DNA of 43,103 bases from positions 1 to 43,103 of the forward strand of contig CANQVW010000002.1 in NCBI GenBank assembly GCA_947627395.1, in the 5' to 3' direction. Of the stretch, positions 9,615-19,375 are shown piece by piece. Below the pieces are notes generated by a model. The model searched no databases. It was not told the origin of the DNA and saw nothing but the letters and a program-made list of their open reading frames with translations. Position 1 is the stretch's first letter, and each line of letters opens with the position of its first letter. A program made the translations under genes and the position numbers. Origin of the DNA: an uncultured Bacilli bacterium (GTDB taxonomy: Bacteria > Bacillota_I > Bacilli_A > ML615J-28 > CAG-698).

Positions 9615-10433
9615 ATGGAATTGGTCATTAAAAATCTTCATGCACAAATAGATGGAAAAGAAATTTTAAAAGGCATTGATTTAACCATTAAAACAGGGGA
9701 AATGCATGCCATCATGGGACCGAATGGAACAGGTAAATCCACTCTTTCAGCGGTCATCATGGGAAATCCCAAATACATTGTAACAGAAGGTAGTATTACA
9801 CTCGATGGTGAAGATGTTTTATCGATGACGGTGGATGAAAGAAGTCGAAAAGGAATATTTCTTGCCATGCAATATCCAAATGAAATTACAGGAATTACCA
9901 ACTCAGATTTCATTAAGGCTGCCCTACAAGCTCGTATGAAAGAAGGAGAGCATGTTTCATTGTTTAAATTCATTAAACAAATGGATCAAGCTGTACAAGA
10001 CTTAAAAATGAACCCTGATCTTCCCCATCGTTACATTAATGAAGGGTTTTCCGGAGGAGAAAAAAAGAGAAATGAAATTCTTCAAATGAAGATGTTAAAA
10101 CCACATTTTGCTATTCTAGATGAAATTGACTCAGGACTTGATGTTGACGCATTAAAAGTTGTTGGAGAAAACATCAATGCCATGCGAAGTGACTCTTTCG
10201 CAAGTTTAATTATTACGCATTATCAAAGGCTTTTAGACTACATCAATACGACCCATGTGCATATTATGGTAAATGGAAGAATCGTAAGAAGTGGAGGAAA
10301 AGAATTGATTACGAAAATTGATAATGAAGGTTATGATTGGATTAAAGCTGAGTTAGGCATCGTAGATAATGAAGCTAGTAAAAAGCAAGCCATTATTCTT
10401 GGCTCCTGTGCAGTGAACAAAGGTGCAAAGTAA
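9615..10433 (+). CDS. sufC: Fe-S cluster assembly ATPase SufC
   Basis: MGPNGTGKSTL Walker A, FSGGEKKRNEILQ signature, AILDEIDSGLD Walker B. First gene of a sufCDSUB block. Confidence 0.93.
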   Translation: MELVIKNLHAQIDGKEILKGIDLTIKTGEMHAIMGPNGTGKSTLSAVIMGNPKYIVTEGSITLDGEDVLSMTVDERSRKGIFLAMQYPNEITGITNSDFIKAALQARMKEGEHVSLFKFIKQMDQAVQDLKMNPDLPHRYINEGFSGGEKKRNEILQMKMLKPHFAILDEIDSGLDVDALKVVGENINAMRSDSFASLIITHYQRLLDYINTTHVHIMVNGRIVRSGGKELITKIDNEGYDWIKAELGIVDNEASKKQAIILGSCAVNKGAK

Positions 10434-10434
10434 T

Positions 10435-11445
10435 ATGAAACGTTTTGCTGAATACGAAAAGGAAGTTTTTTCCTTAATCAATGAAAATGACCACTATATT
10501 ATTTTTAATGATTGTAAAGCTATTTTAAATAATGTAGATGAAATTGGAGTCGATATTGATGTTGCCAATTCCTTTGATTGCTATGATATTTGCAAAAGAA
10601 AAAGACCAAAAGAAGAAAACATCATTAGTCAAAAAGCAAAGTTTACAACTATGGTTTCGATTCATCAAAATATAGATTTAAAGATTGTTCATGTCAATGA
10701 TCAAGAAAAAGCAATGAATTTAGTTTTTGATGTTGATGAACATGTTCAAGCTCGTATCATGCAAATCTATTTACATATAGATATAGAAATGTCTTCTTTA
10801 ATTGAAATTAATTGCAATGAACATAGTCAAGTTCAATACATTTATATTTCTCATGCTAAAGAACCTATTCATGAATACATCAATACCTACCTTGATGAAA
10901 GTGCTACTTTGTCTTTATCCTCTTTATCCATGAATGAGACTTCTTGTGAGTCTTACTTCCATAGTTACTTATATAGTGAAAAAGCAAAGGCAGAATTTAT
11001 TCATTGTCTTGTTAACTTCAGTTCTAAAAATCAAGATTATTCTTTTCAAGTAGATCATTTGAAACCTCATACCTATTCATCTATGAGAAATTATGGACTA
11101 GCAAAAAACTCATCAACGATGAGAATGGATAGTAATGGAAGTATTGCAAAAGGTGCTTTTCAATCAGAATTAAGTCAAAAATCAAAAGGAATTATTTTAG
11201 ATCTTCATTCTGCCATTAGTGCAAATCCACTATTACAAATTGATGAATATGATGTACTTGCCAATCATGGTGCCTCAATTGGAGCCATTGATGATGATGA
11301 TTTATACTATTTAATGTCAAGGGGTCTATCAAGATCATTGAGTGAAAGTTTAATTGTGAATGCGTTTATTACTCCGTTTATAAGTCAAATTCAAGATGAA
11401 AAAGTTCATCTATTTTTAGAGAAGATGATTGAAGAACATGTATAG
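10435..11445 (+). CDS. sufD: Fe-S cluster assembly protein SufD (short form)
   Basis: Positioned between sufC and sufS. The C-terminal ...ANHGASIGAIDDDDLYYLMSRGLSRSLSESLIVNAF is typical of SufB/D. ATG 10435 sits 9 nt after AAAGGTG; GTG 10423 is an alternative start. Confidence 0.8.
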   Translation: MKRFAEYEKEVFSLINENDHYIIFNDCKAILNNVDEIGVDIDVANSFDCYDICKRKRPKEENIISQKAKFTTMVSIHQNIDLKIVHVNDQEKAMNLVFDVDEHVQARIMQIYLHIDIEMSSLIEINCNEHSQVQYIYISHAKEPIHEYINTYLDESATLSLSSLSMNETSCESYFHSYLYSEKAKAEFIHCLVNFSSKNQDYSFQVDHLKPHTYSSMRNYGLAKNSSTMRMDSNGSIAKGAFQSELSQKSKGIILDLHSAISANPLLQIDEYDVLANHGASIGAIDDDDLYYLMSRGLSRSLSESLIVNAFITPFISQIQDEKVHLFLEKMIEEHV

Positions 11446-11454
11446 GGGTGAATC

Positions 11455-12669
11455 ATGTTAGATTGTAAAAAAATAAGAAAGATGTTCCCCATTTATCAAA
11501 ACTACCCTGATTTAGTTTATTTAGATAGTGGAGCAACTTCCTTAAAACCACAATGTGTTTTAGATAAAATGAATGAATATTATACCCAGTATGGTGTAAA
11601 TATTCATCGTGGTGTTTATCGCTTAAGTTATCAAGCGACAGAAGCTTATGATCAAGCAAGGCAAATAGTTGCCGATTTCATTCATGCTCATTTTAATGAA
11701 ATTGTGTTTACAAAAAATGTTACAGAGGCGTTAAATAAAATATGTCAAATGTATCAAAAAAAGTTAAAAGAAAACGATGAAATCATCACTTGTGAGTTAG
11801 AACACCATAGTTCCGTTCTTCCATGGATGAAAGCATGTGAAGAGAAAAACATGAAATTAGTGTATATTCCTTTAAATGATGAAGGAAGAGTTACGGTAGA
11901 TCAGTTTAAAAAAATCATTACTCATCAATCTAAAGTATTGGTGATAACTTATGTATCCAATGTTATGGGATATATTACTCCCTTAAAAGAAATGATTCAA
12001 TTAGCTCATCAACATCATATGATTGTGATTGTTGATGCTGCACAAGCTGTTTCTCATTTACCCATTGATGTTAAAGACTTAGACTGTGATTTTCTTGCTT
12101 TTTCTGGGCACAAAATGTTAGGACCCACAGGAATTGGTGTTTTGTATGGTAAAAAAGAACTTTTAAAAACCTTAGATCCAATCGATTATGGTGGAGACAT
12201 GAATGAAGAAGTGGATTTATATCATGTCGACATTAAAGACATTCCTTTTCGCTTTGAAGCAGGAACACCAATGATTGCGGAAGCCATAGGATTAAAAGAA
12301 GCCATTCATTTACTTCAATCGATAGGGTTAGATCAAATTCGTCAACATGAGTTAGAAATTTTAGAATATGCAAAAGAAAAATTATCTCAAATTCCCAATG
12401 TGACAGTCTATAACAAAACCAGTGATATTGGAATCCTAAGTTTTAATGTGAATGGAGTTCATCCTCATGATGCAGCAACTTTTTTTGATGAAGCAAACAT
12501 TTGCCTAAGAGCTGGACATCATTGTGCACAACTTATTACAAAATGGCTTCACTGCATTGGAACGTTGCGTGCAACATTTTATATTTATAATACTAAAGAA
12601 GATGTAGATAAGATGATTGAAGTTGTTCAAGAAGTTGTTTCTTTCTTTCATCAATTCGAGGTGAAATAA
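11455..12669 (+). CDS. sufS: cysteine desulfurase SufS (class V aminotransferase)
   Basis: YLDSGATSLKP N-terminus, SGHKMLGPTGIGVLYG PLP-lysine region, RAGHHCAQ active-site Cys loop. Confidence 0.92.
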   Translation: MLDCKKIRKMFPIYQNYPDLVYLDSGATSLKPQCVLDKMNEYYTQYGVNIHRGVYRLSYQATEAYDQARQIVADFIHAHFNEIVFTKNVTEALNKICQMYQKKLKENDEIITCELEHHSSVLPWMKACEEKNMKLVYIPLNDEGRVTVDQFKKIITHQSKVLVITYVSNVMGYITPLKEMIQLAHQHHMIVIVDAAQAVSHLPIDVKDLDCDFLAFSGHKMLGPTGIGVLYGKKELLKTLDPIDYGGDMNEEVDLYHVDIKDIPFRFEAGTPMIAEAIGLKEAIHLLQSIGLDQIRQHELEILEYAKEKLSQIPNVTVYNKTSDIGILSFNVNGVHPHDAATFFDEANICLRAGHHCAQLITKWLHCIGTLRATFYIYNTKEDVDKMIEVVQEVVSFFHQFEVK

Positions 12670-12670
12670 A

Positions 12671-13105
12671 ATGAATCAAATGCAAAATTTATATCGAGAA
12701 GTGATTATGGATCATTATAGTCATCCTAGAAATAAAGGATTAACAGGAAATGGAAAACAAAATCATTTAAGAAATCCTTCTTGTGGAGATGATATAACCA
12801 TTGAACTTGAAATCAAAGATGGCAAGGTAAATCATGTTCATCATGATGGGCATGGATGTTCCATTTGTTGTTCTAGTGCTTCTGTCATGAGTGAAGTGTT
12901 AACCGGAAAAACGATAGAGGAAGCCAAAGAAATTATACATTCTTATTTTCAAATGATTAAGGGAGAAGAAATTCAAAACGAAGACATTTTAGAAGAAGCA
13001 CTTGTTTATCAAGGGGTTGCTCAGTTTCCAGCCAGAACGAAGTGTGCAACTATTGCTTGGAAAGCAGCAGAAGATTTATTAGGAGATCAACATGAAGAAA
13101 AATGA
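12671..13105 (+). CDS. sufU: Fe-S scaffold / sulfur acceptor SufU
   Basis: [12 protein letters not shown]...[14 protein letters not shown]...[10 protein letters not shown]: the conserved Cys/Asp ligands of the SufU/IscU-like family. Confidence 0.92.
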   Translation: MNQMQNLYREVIMDHYSHPRNKGLTGNGKQNHLRNPSCGDDITIELEIKDGKVNHVHHDGHGCSICCSSASVMSEVLTGKTIEEAKEIIHSYFQMIKGEEIQNEDILEEALVYQGVAQFPARTKCATIAWKAAEDLLGDQHEEK

Positions 13106-14498
13106 AGATATTAATGCGATTGTTGGTGAATATCAATATGGTTTTAAAACAGATGTAAAAAATGTTGTTGATTCTGGAAAGGGATTAAGAGAAGATGTTG
13201 TCAGATCTATTTCCCATTTTAAAAATGAACCAGAATGGATGTTAAACTTTCGTTTGAAAGCTTTCCATCAATTTATGTCGATGCCCCTTCCTTCATTTGG
13301 ACCAGATTTAAGTTTCTTAAATTTTGATGATTATACCTATTATATTAAATCAAGCAAGGGTGTTGAAAAAGATTGGGATAAAGTTCCAGGAGCAATTAAG
13401 GACACCTTTGATAAATTAGGAATTCCTGAAGCTGAAAAAAAATTCTTAGCAGGAGTTTCCACTCAATTTGAATCAGAAGTTGTTTATCATAATACCATCA
13501 AAGAATTAGAAGAATTAGGAGTTCTTTTTTGTGACACCGACACAGCTTTAAAGAAATATCCTGAATTGTTCAAAGAATATTTTGGCAAAGTTGTTCCTTA
13601 TACAGATAATAAATTTGCAGCTTTAAATTCTTGCGTTTGGAGTGGTGGATCTTTTATTTATGTTCCTAAAGGAGTAAAGGTCGAAAAACCATTACAATCC
13701 TATTTTAGAATTAATTCAAAGCAAATGGGTCAATTTGAAAGAACATTGATTATTGTGGATGAAGGAGCTAGTGTCCATTATGTTGAGGGATGTACAGCCC
13801 CAATTTATTCCGAAGATTCCTTGCATGCAGCGATTGTGGAAATATATGTCAAAGAGGGTGGATATTGTCGTTATTCAACCGTCCAAAACTGGAGTAACAA
13901 TATTGTCAATCTAGTTACAAAACGTGCATATTGTGAAAAAAATGCAACAATGGAATGGATTGATGGTAATGTAGGTTCCATGGTCAATATGAAATATCCC
14001 GCCTGTATATTAGCAGGTGAAGGAGCAAAAGGAACCACAATTTCCATTGCTTTTGCCTCCAAAGGTCAATACCAAGATACAGGGGCTAAAATGATTCACT
14101 TAGCTCCCAATACTTCCTCTACCATTATTTCTAAGTCTATTTGTCGTGGGGGAGGAAAAGTCAATTATAGAGGAACTGTAAAACAAGCAAAAGAAGCTTA
14201 CAACGCCAGAAGTCATGTCGAATGTGACACCATTATTTTAGATGACATTTCATCTAGTGATACCATTCCATTTAACTTTGTTCAAAATCAAAAAGCAAGA
14301 ATTGAACATGAGGCAACCGTTTCTAAAGTCAGTGATGAGCAACTTTTTTATTTGATGAGTCGAGGCATTCCCGCAAATGATGCTTTACAAATGATTGTCA
14401 TGGGATTTATCGAACCCTTTGCTAGAGAACTTCCAATGGAATATGCTGTTGAATTAAATCAGTTAATTAAACTAGAAATGACGAATGCAATTGGTTAG
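13092..14498 (+). CDS. sufB: Fe-S cluster assembly protein SufB
   Basis: 468 aa. [11 protein letters not shown]-terminus and the C-terminal [21 protein letters not shown] motif. AGGAGA RBS. Confidence 0.93.
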   Translation: MKKNEDINAIVGEYQYGFKTDVKNVVDSGKGLREDVVRSISHFKNEPEWMLNFRLKAFHQFMSMPLPSFGPDLSFLNFDDYTYYIKSSKGVEKDWDKVPGAIKDTFDKLGIPEAEKKFLAGVSTQFESEVVYHNTIKELEELGVLFCDTDTALKKYPELFKEYFGKVVPYTDNKFAALNSCVWSGGSFIYVPKGVKVEKPLQSYFRINSKQMGQFERTLIIVDEGASVHYVEGCTAPIYSEDSLHAAIVEIYVKEGGYCRYSTVQNWSNNIVNLVTKRAYCEKNATMEWIDGNVGSMVNMKYPACILAGEGAKGTTISIAFASKGQYQDTGAKMIHLAPNTSSTIISKSICRGGGKVNYRGTVKQAKEAYNARSHVECDTIILDDISSSDTIPFNFVQNQKARIEHEATVSKVSDEQLFYLMSRGIPANDALQMIVMGFIEPFARELPMEYAVELNQLIKLEMTNAIG

Positions 14499-14591
14499 GT
14501 TTACATAAGATAGATTCAATAGAAATAGATTTTTATACCAGACTTTTCAAAGTATTTTGTGTCTAAAACTCAATATAGAACATAAAATTTA

Positions 14592-14638
14592 AAAGGACTA
14601 GTCATATCAAATTGTTGATATGAGATAGTCCTTTTTTA
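14592..14638 (+). terminator. intrinsic terminator of the suf operon
   Basis: Long interrupted stem AAAGGACTA..CATATCAA/TTGATATG..TAGTCCTTT followed by T6. Confidence 0.8.
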
Positions 14639-14788
14639 AAAGTCAAAATCATCTTTATATTTTTATGAGGATTAAAGGAGCAAAACAGATCATATATCTA
14701 TACAAAGATACATGGATATAGCCAAATTGATTTTCTTTTTAAATACATTCATAATCGTCTTTATTTTACTTTAAATTTATCAAAAAAG

Positions 14789-14817
14789 TTGAGAAAATTT
14801 ATAAAAAGTGGTACAAT
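14789..14817 (+). promoter_or_regulatory. promoter of the small membrane protein gene
   Basis: TTGAGA, 17 nt, TACAAT, with TG at the extended -10 position. Confidence 0.55.
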
Positions 14818-14844
14818 ATCACACAAAGATGAATAGGAGGAGTT

Positions 14845-15042
14845 ATGTCAAAAATTACGGTATATTGCTCTTTCATTATTTTTGGAGCACTGGGAATGTC
14901 CATGAGTTTATTTTTTCTTTCTATGCGAAATTATTTTTATCAAAGTGTTATTTTATATATCATCATAGGACTTCTCTTTATTATTCTCTTTGTTATAGGT
15001 ATTATTTTATTTATGATTGAAAGTTCAAAAAGAAACCTATGA
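14845..15042 (+). CDS. small 2-TM membrane protein
   Basis: AGGAGG RBS 6 nt upstream, its own near-consensus promoter (14789-14817) and its own terminator (15049-15078). 65 aa with two hydrophobic helices. Confidence 0.6.
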   Translation: MSKITVYCSFIIFGALGMSMSLFFLSMRNYFYQSVILYIIIGLLFIILFVIGIILFMIESSKRNL

Positions 15043-15048
15043 AATTAT

Positions 15049-15078
15049 AATACAGGAAAATTATACCTGTATTTTTTA
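15049..15078 (+). terminator. intrinsic terminator
   Basis: Stem AATACAGG/CCTGTATT followed by T6. Confidence 0.7.
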
Positions 15079-15174
15079 TTCTTCAAAATAAAAAGTGAAT
15101 TCAATATAAAATCGTGTCTTTTACTTTTCATATTCAAAAAAATGTTATATAATAAATAAAAGTAGGTGTTCAAA

Positions 15175-15990
15175 ATGATTGAAATTAAAAACCTTAAATT
15201 ACACCAATATACGATAAATACAACCATTAAAGAAAATCAAAATGTTGGAATATATTCTAGGCAAGATCAGCTATTGAAGGAACTTCTTTTAATTGTCGCA
15301 GGAATTAATCCAAGTAAAAATTGCTTTTATTATCAAAAGCCTTTATTTGATGATGAAACTTATTTTAAAGAGCGCATTTATATGGATTGTGAAAAAGAAT
15401 ATATAAACACATTAAAAGCGAATCGAATTGAAGAAGTGTTAGCATTAAAATATCATAAAGTATTTCATCAAGAACAATTTAAAAAATATGTAAAAGATTT
15501 GCGTATTCGATGTGAAGGAACATATCAAGATGAATATAAATTTACAAAAGTAGGAAATCAACTTGTTAATTTATGTTTTGGATTATGTATTTTTTCTTTA
15601 CGTTTATTCTATCACCCTTTTTCATTTCTTCAAGATAGGAAGCAATATGAATATTTAAAAAATGAAATGAGGATCAATAGAGGCAATATCCTCGCTTTAG
15701 AGAGTCTTCAAAAATACCAAGGTGTACTAGATACTTTAATCATTTTAAGTAATCAACAAGTTTATGAATTTCACGACTTAAATACACGCTTACTTGTTGT
15801 GAAAGGATTGATCGATAGTGAATTTGTTATAGATGATCTTGAATTAAAGAATATTTTATTATTTAAATCTATTCATCAAGATGCTTTTATTATTCGCGAT
15901 GAACTCACCAAAGAAAAAAGAAAAAAATTACATCAAATGAAAGCGGAAATTCTTTCAATTCCTGTTCTTAAGTTGGAGGAGTATTTATGA
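15175..15990 (+). CDS. ABC nucleotide-binding-domain look-alike lacking all catalytic motifs
   Basis: MIEIKNLKL...VGIYSRQDQLLKELLLIVAGINPSKN aligns with the ABC beta1/P-loop/helix region, but the GxxGxGKS/T is gone. FTKVGNQ stands in place of LSGGQ, and LFYHPFSFLQD in place of the hhhhDEP Walker B. ATG 15175 is preferred over GTG 15166. Confidence 0.65.
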   Translation: MIEIKNLKLHQYTINTTIKENQNVGIYSRQDQLLKELLLIVAGINPSKNCFYYQKPLFDDETYFKERIYMDCEKEYINTLKANRIEEVLALKYHKVFHQEQFKKYVKDLRIRCEGTYQDEYKFTKVGNQLVNLCFGLCIFSLRLFYHPFSFLQDRKQYEYLKNEMRINRGNILALESLQKYQGVLDTLIILSNQQVYEFHDLNTRLLVVKGLIDSEFVIDDLELKNILLFKSIHQDAFIIRDELTKEKRKKLHQMKAEILSIPVLKLEEYL

Positions 15991-16529
15991 AAAAATATTC
16001 CGTATGCATTTATTTTGGAATGACGCTTTTACTGATGTTTTTAGTAGATATATTACTAAAAGAAGAAGCAAGTTATTCTTTATATATCCTCTCTTTAACA
16101 ACAGGTGTTTTTTCATTTTTGATTGGTCAGATGTACTCCTTAAAAGATCATCGATTAGGTTTTGGAAAAACAAGAAGGCAATTAGAAAAAGAATTTATTG
16201 TTCATTTAGGAATGGTCATTCTTTTTTCTATAGTTTCTATTGCTTTAAATTATTTATTCATCTTTTGCATTTATAGAGTATTTGCTCCCCAAATTCGAAT
16301 GATTATATTTACCTACCTTTTAGCGCTTTATTTAGGTATGTTGGGTTTATTGGTACAAAATGTGAACATAAAATATGGAATTTTCATTTTTATTGGTGGA
16401 GTTATGATTCTAGTTGGAACATTCTTTATTCCAAATCGTGTCATTTGTGATGTGATTCTTGCTTTTTTTATTGTTTTATTTTATATACTGAACAAAATTT
16501 TGTTTCGTAAAATACAGTTAAGGGGGTGA
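15987..16529 (+). CDS. 6-TM membrane protein (small ABC-2-like permease candidate)
   Basis: The ATG overlaps the upstream stop (ATGA). Six hydrophobic segments in 180 aa. The stop overlaps the next ORF (GTGA). Confidence 0.65.
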   Translation: MKKYSVCIYFGMTLLLMFLVDILLKEEASYSLYILSLTTGVFSFLIGQMYSLKDHRLGFGKTRRQLEKEFIVHLGMVILFSIVSIALNYLFIFCIYRVFAPQIRMIIFTYLLALYLGMLGLLVQNVNIKYGIFIFIGGVMILVGTFFIPNRVICDVILAFFIVLFYILNKILFRKIQLRG

Positions 16530-16534
16530 AGCAT

Positions 16535-18550
16535 ATGAATTCATTAGAAAGAAGAACAAATCTAAAAAAATGGATCTTTTTTCTCTTGTTTATTTTGTTG
16601 AATACATTGAACTGTTTTTTATGTACAACCTCATTTTTTAATGCTGAACTTAGTCCTTATCCTTTAACGGGAATGATGATGTTTAATTTTCTTTTGGGTT
16701 CTATTGGGATGGACCTTTTATGGATTGCTTCAAGTATCTTAATTTTTAAATTAGATCGACATCGATTCCAATATCTTATTGTCATTTCAAGTATTAATAC
16801 ACTTTTATGTTTTGCTCTTTGTATTTTTGTTTATAACTTTGGAATGATGTTTTCCTTCACAAATCTTAAAGCCTTAAATAATCCTGCAGGGGCAATGGCT
16901 TATGAATTCTTTTTTGATGCTTTACTCAGTTTACTCGCCAATGGACAATATATGACTTTCATTCCTTTAGGTGTATTCGTACTTTATTACTTTATTTTCT
17001 TAAATAAAAAACATGATGAAGTTTTTGATACCAATATGTTTGGAGGACTAAAACTAAAAAGAATTTTTGGATGTACAATCCTAGTGATCTCTTCTCTTTC
17101 GATCATATCCTCACAATTCTTATATAGTGCTCGCATTCATAATACTTGGTTTGAAAAGAATGAAAGCCCACTTTATGGAATTCAAAATTGTGGAATGTGG
17201 AACTACTATGTGCGAGATGCCATTCAATGCTATTTTGTATCAGACTCACTTTCTTCTAAAGAAAAAGAAGAAACCAAAGAAGAATTGTCTTTCTATACAA
17301 AGAAAGAAAGAACAAGTGAAATTGATCACCAAGTGTATGGGAATAGCATATATGAAGGATCATTTGAAGGAAAAAATCTTCTTCTAATTCAAATGGAATC
17401 CATGAATAATTTTACGGTTGGACTTACAGTTCATGGAAAAGAAATTACTCCTAATTTAAATAAAATGATAGAAAATGGTCTATATTGGAATCATTTTTAT
17501 ACTACTGTTGGGATTGGAAATACTTCTGATGCTGAATTTAGTGCCATGACAGGATTAAGACCTACAGGGTCTAGAATGACAGTTTATGAAGATGTTTTTC
17601 ATAGTTATCCAACGTTAGCTAAAGATTTTAAAGATAAAGGATATCAAACTTTTTCCATTCATGGAAATACAGGTGTTTTTTATAATCGCTTCACTGTTCA
17701 TAAAGAGGTCTATGGATTTGATCAACATTATGATATTACCCATTTTCCAAATTATCAAAATTATATTCATACGAGAATTGCTGATGAAGATTTATTAAAT
17801 GAAACTATTTCATTAATGTCTGATTCAAACAATCCAACATTCGCTTTTGCTATTTTAGTTTCTTGTCATATCCCATATGAAGAAGATAGCAATGTGAGAA
17901 AAGTTTTAAATGCTCAAGGTTTTTCTTTAAAAGAGGATGTTAAAGGAGATTTACTTCGAGGATATTTAGAACATACATATTATGTAGATTATTGTTTAGG
18001 TCAACTTTTATCTTCATTAGAAGAAAAGCAATTATTAAATCAAACCATCATTGCTTTATATGGAGATCATGGAGGAACCATTTCTCATCATAATTATCAT
18101 ACCGACCATTCCATTTTTTCTTATCTACCTTTTCATGATGAAATGAATCATATGAATTGGAACGATTTAGATACTTTTTCCTTTCGTCAAGTTACACAAG
18201 AAATTCCTTTCTTAATTTACGAAGGAAGTGAAGAAAAGAAGATTGCACCACAACAATTTGGTCAAGTTCGTAGTCAAGTCGACATCAAAAGAACCATGGA
18301 TAGTTTATTTTCTTTATCTTCTTCTTATTATTTTGGTGTTGATGCTTTAGGAAATGAACCAACTTTTCATTATGCACCTAGAACATTAGATGTCATGTGT
18401 GATGCGGGAATGATAAGTGCAACCTCCCTAGAGTATCATGGGCTATCTAATGAAGTTGTGGATCCTAAAAAGTTATTGCAAATCAAGAATCTTGCATTAA
18501 AACAAAAACAGCTGAATGATCGACTATTAAAATATGACTTATTTTCTTAA
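16535..18550 (+). CDS. ltaS: lipoteichoic acid synthase family protein (LtaS-type sulfatase-fold enzyme)
   Basis: N-terminal polytopic membrane domain followed by LLLIQMESMN, GIGNTSDAEF and ALYGDHGG motifs of the LtaS/sulfatase fold. ATG 16535 sits 6 nt after AGGGGGTG; GTG 16526 is the alternative start. Confidence 0.85.
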   Translation: MNSLERRTNLKKWIFFLLFILLNTLNCFLCTTSFFNAELSPYPLTGMMMFNFLLGSIGMDLLWIASSILIFKLDRHRFQYLIVISSINTLLCFALCIFVYNFGMMFSFTNLKALNNPAGAMAYEFFFDALLSLLANGQYMTFIPLGVFVLYYFIFLNKKHDEVFDTNMFGGLKLKRIFGCTILVISSLSIISSQFLYSARIHNTWFEKNESPLYGIQNCGMWNYYVRDAIQCYFVSDSLSSKEKEETKEELSFYTKKERTSEIDHQVYGNSIYEGSFEGKNLLLIQMESMNNFTVGLTVHGKEITPNLNKMIENGLYWNHFYTTVGIGNTSDAEFSAMTGLRPTGSRMTVYEDVFHSYPTLAKDFKDKGYQTFSIHGNTGVFYNRFTVHKEVYGFDQHYDITHFPNYQNYIHTRIADEDLLNETISLMSDSNNPTFAFAILVSCHIPYEEDSNVRKVLNAQGFSLKEDVKGDLLRGYLEHTYYVDYCLGQLLSSLEEKQLLNQTIIALYGDHGGTISHHNYHTDHSIFSYLPFHDEMNHMNWNDLDTFSFRQVTQEIPFLIYEGSEEKKIAPQQFGQVRSQVDIKRTMDSLFSLSSSYYFGVDALGNEPTFHYAPRTLDVMCDAGMISATSLEYHGLSNEVVDPKKLLQIKNLALKQKQLNDRLLKYDLFS

Positions 18551-18568
18551 AAAACGGAATAAAAAAAC

Positions 18569-18600
18569 AAATCCCTCATACATTGCTATGGGGGATTTTA
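18569..18600 (+). terminator. intrinsic terminator after ltaS
   Basis: 12-bp stem AAATCCCTCATA/TATGGGGGATTT (one G-U pair) followed by T4. Confidence 0.7.
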
Positions 18601-18607
18601 ATATTCT

Positions 18608-19375
18608 ATGTATTGTAATGTAAAAGTCAAAAATGAGTGGCATCAGGTTTATTATGAAGTCTATCATAAACCAAGTTTAAAAGAGGAAGATGAACCCCTT
18701 TCTTACTTCGTCTTTTTACACGGATGGGGAATGGATTCATCCACATTTCAAGCACTCTATCCAGCCTTTTTGGATTACTCCATTATTGCTCTAGATTTTC
18801 CCGGGTTTGGAAAAAGCGAAGAACCAAAGAAAGTATTTGATGTAGATACCTATGTGGAAGTAGTGCATCAAGTTTTATTTCGCTTACATATAGAAAACCC
18901 AATTCTCTTGGGTCATTCTTTTGGAGGAAGAGTTGCTTTGAAGTATAGTTTATTATATCCATGTCAAAAGTTAATTTTAGTGGATAGCGCAGGTATAAGA
19001 CATATGAGCTTTGAAAGGACCAAAAAAATATGGCTCTATAAAATCAAAAAGAAATGGTATCGTATCTTTTCTTTAACAAAATATGTTCACCTTGTAAAAA
19101 ATTCAGGAAGTAAAGATTATCAAGCCCTAAGTCCGATAATGAAACAAACTATGAGTAAAGTTGTTAAAGAAAATCTAAAAAAATGTTTACCGTATATTCA
19201 AACTCCAACCATTTTATTATGGGGGTTACGAGATCAAACAACACCATTAAAAGATGGGAAAGAAATGGCACAAGAAATAAAAAACAGTCGTATTATTATT
19301 TTTTACCATTCTAGTCACTTTCCTTATTTGGAAGAAAAAGATAAATTCATCCAAGTTCTAAGGGAGGTTTTATAA
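18608..19375 (+). CDS. alpha/beta hydrolase
   Basis: FLHGWGMDSSTF oxyanion region, nucleophile elbow GHSFGG, C-terminal HSSHFPYLE (His of the triad). Confidence 0.85.
   Translation: MYCNVKVKNEWHQVYYEVYHKPSLKEEDEPLSYFVFLHGWGMDSSTFQALYPAFLDYSIIALDFPGFGKSEEPKKVFDVDTYVEVVHQVLFRLHIENPILLGHSFGGRVALKYSLLYPCQKLILVDSAGIRHMSFERTKKIWLYKIKKKWYRIFSLTKYVHLVKNSGSKDYQALSPIMKQTMSKVVKENLKKCLPYIQTPTILLWGLRDQTTPLKDGKEMAQEIKNSRIIIFYHSSHFPYLEEKDKFIQVLREVL

Noticed and set aside
14808-15020. Alternative-frame ORFs 14808-15020, 16004-16276, 17127-17387, 19737-19949, 21768-21950, 8819-9004 and 42491-42688 on the + strand.
   Set aside because: They are out-of-frame overlaps with better-supported genes that have an RBS, family motifs or membrane topology. 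They are probably by-products of AT-rich sequence.
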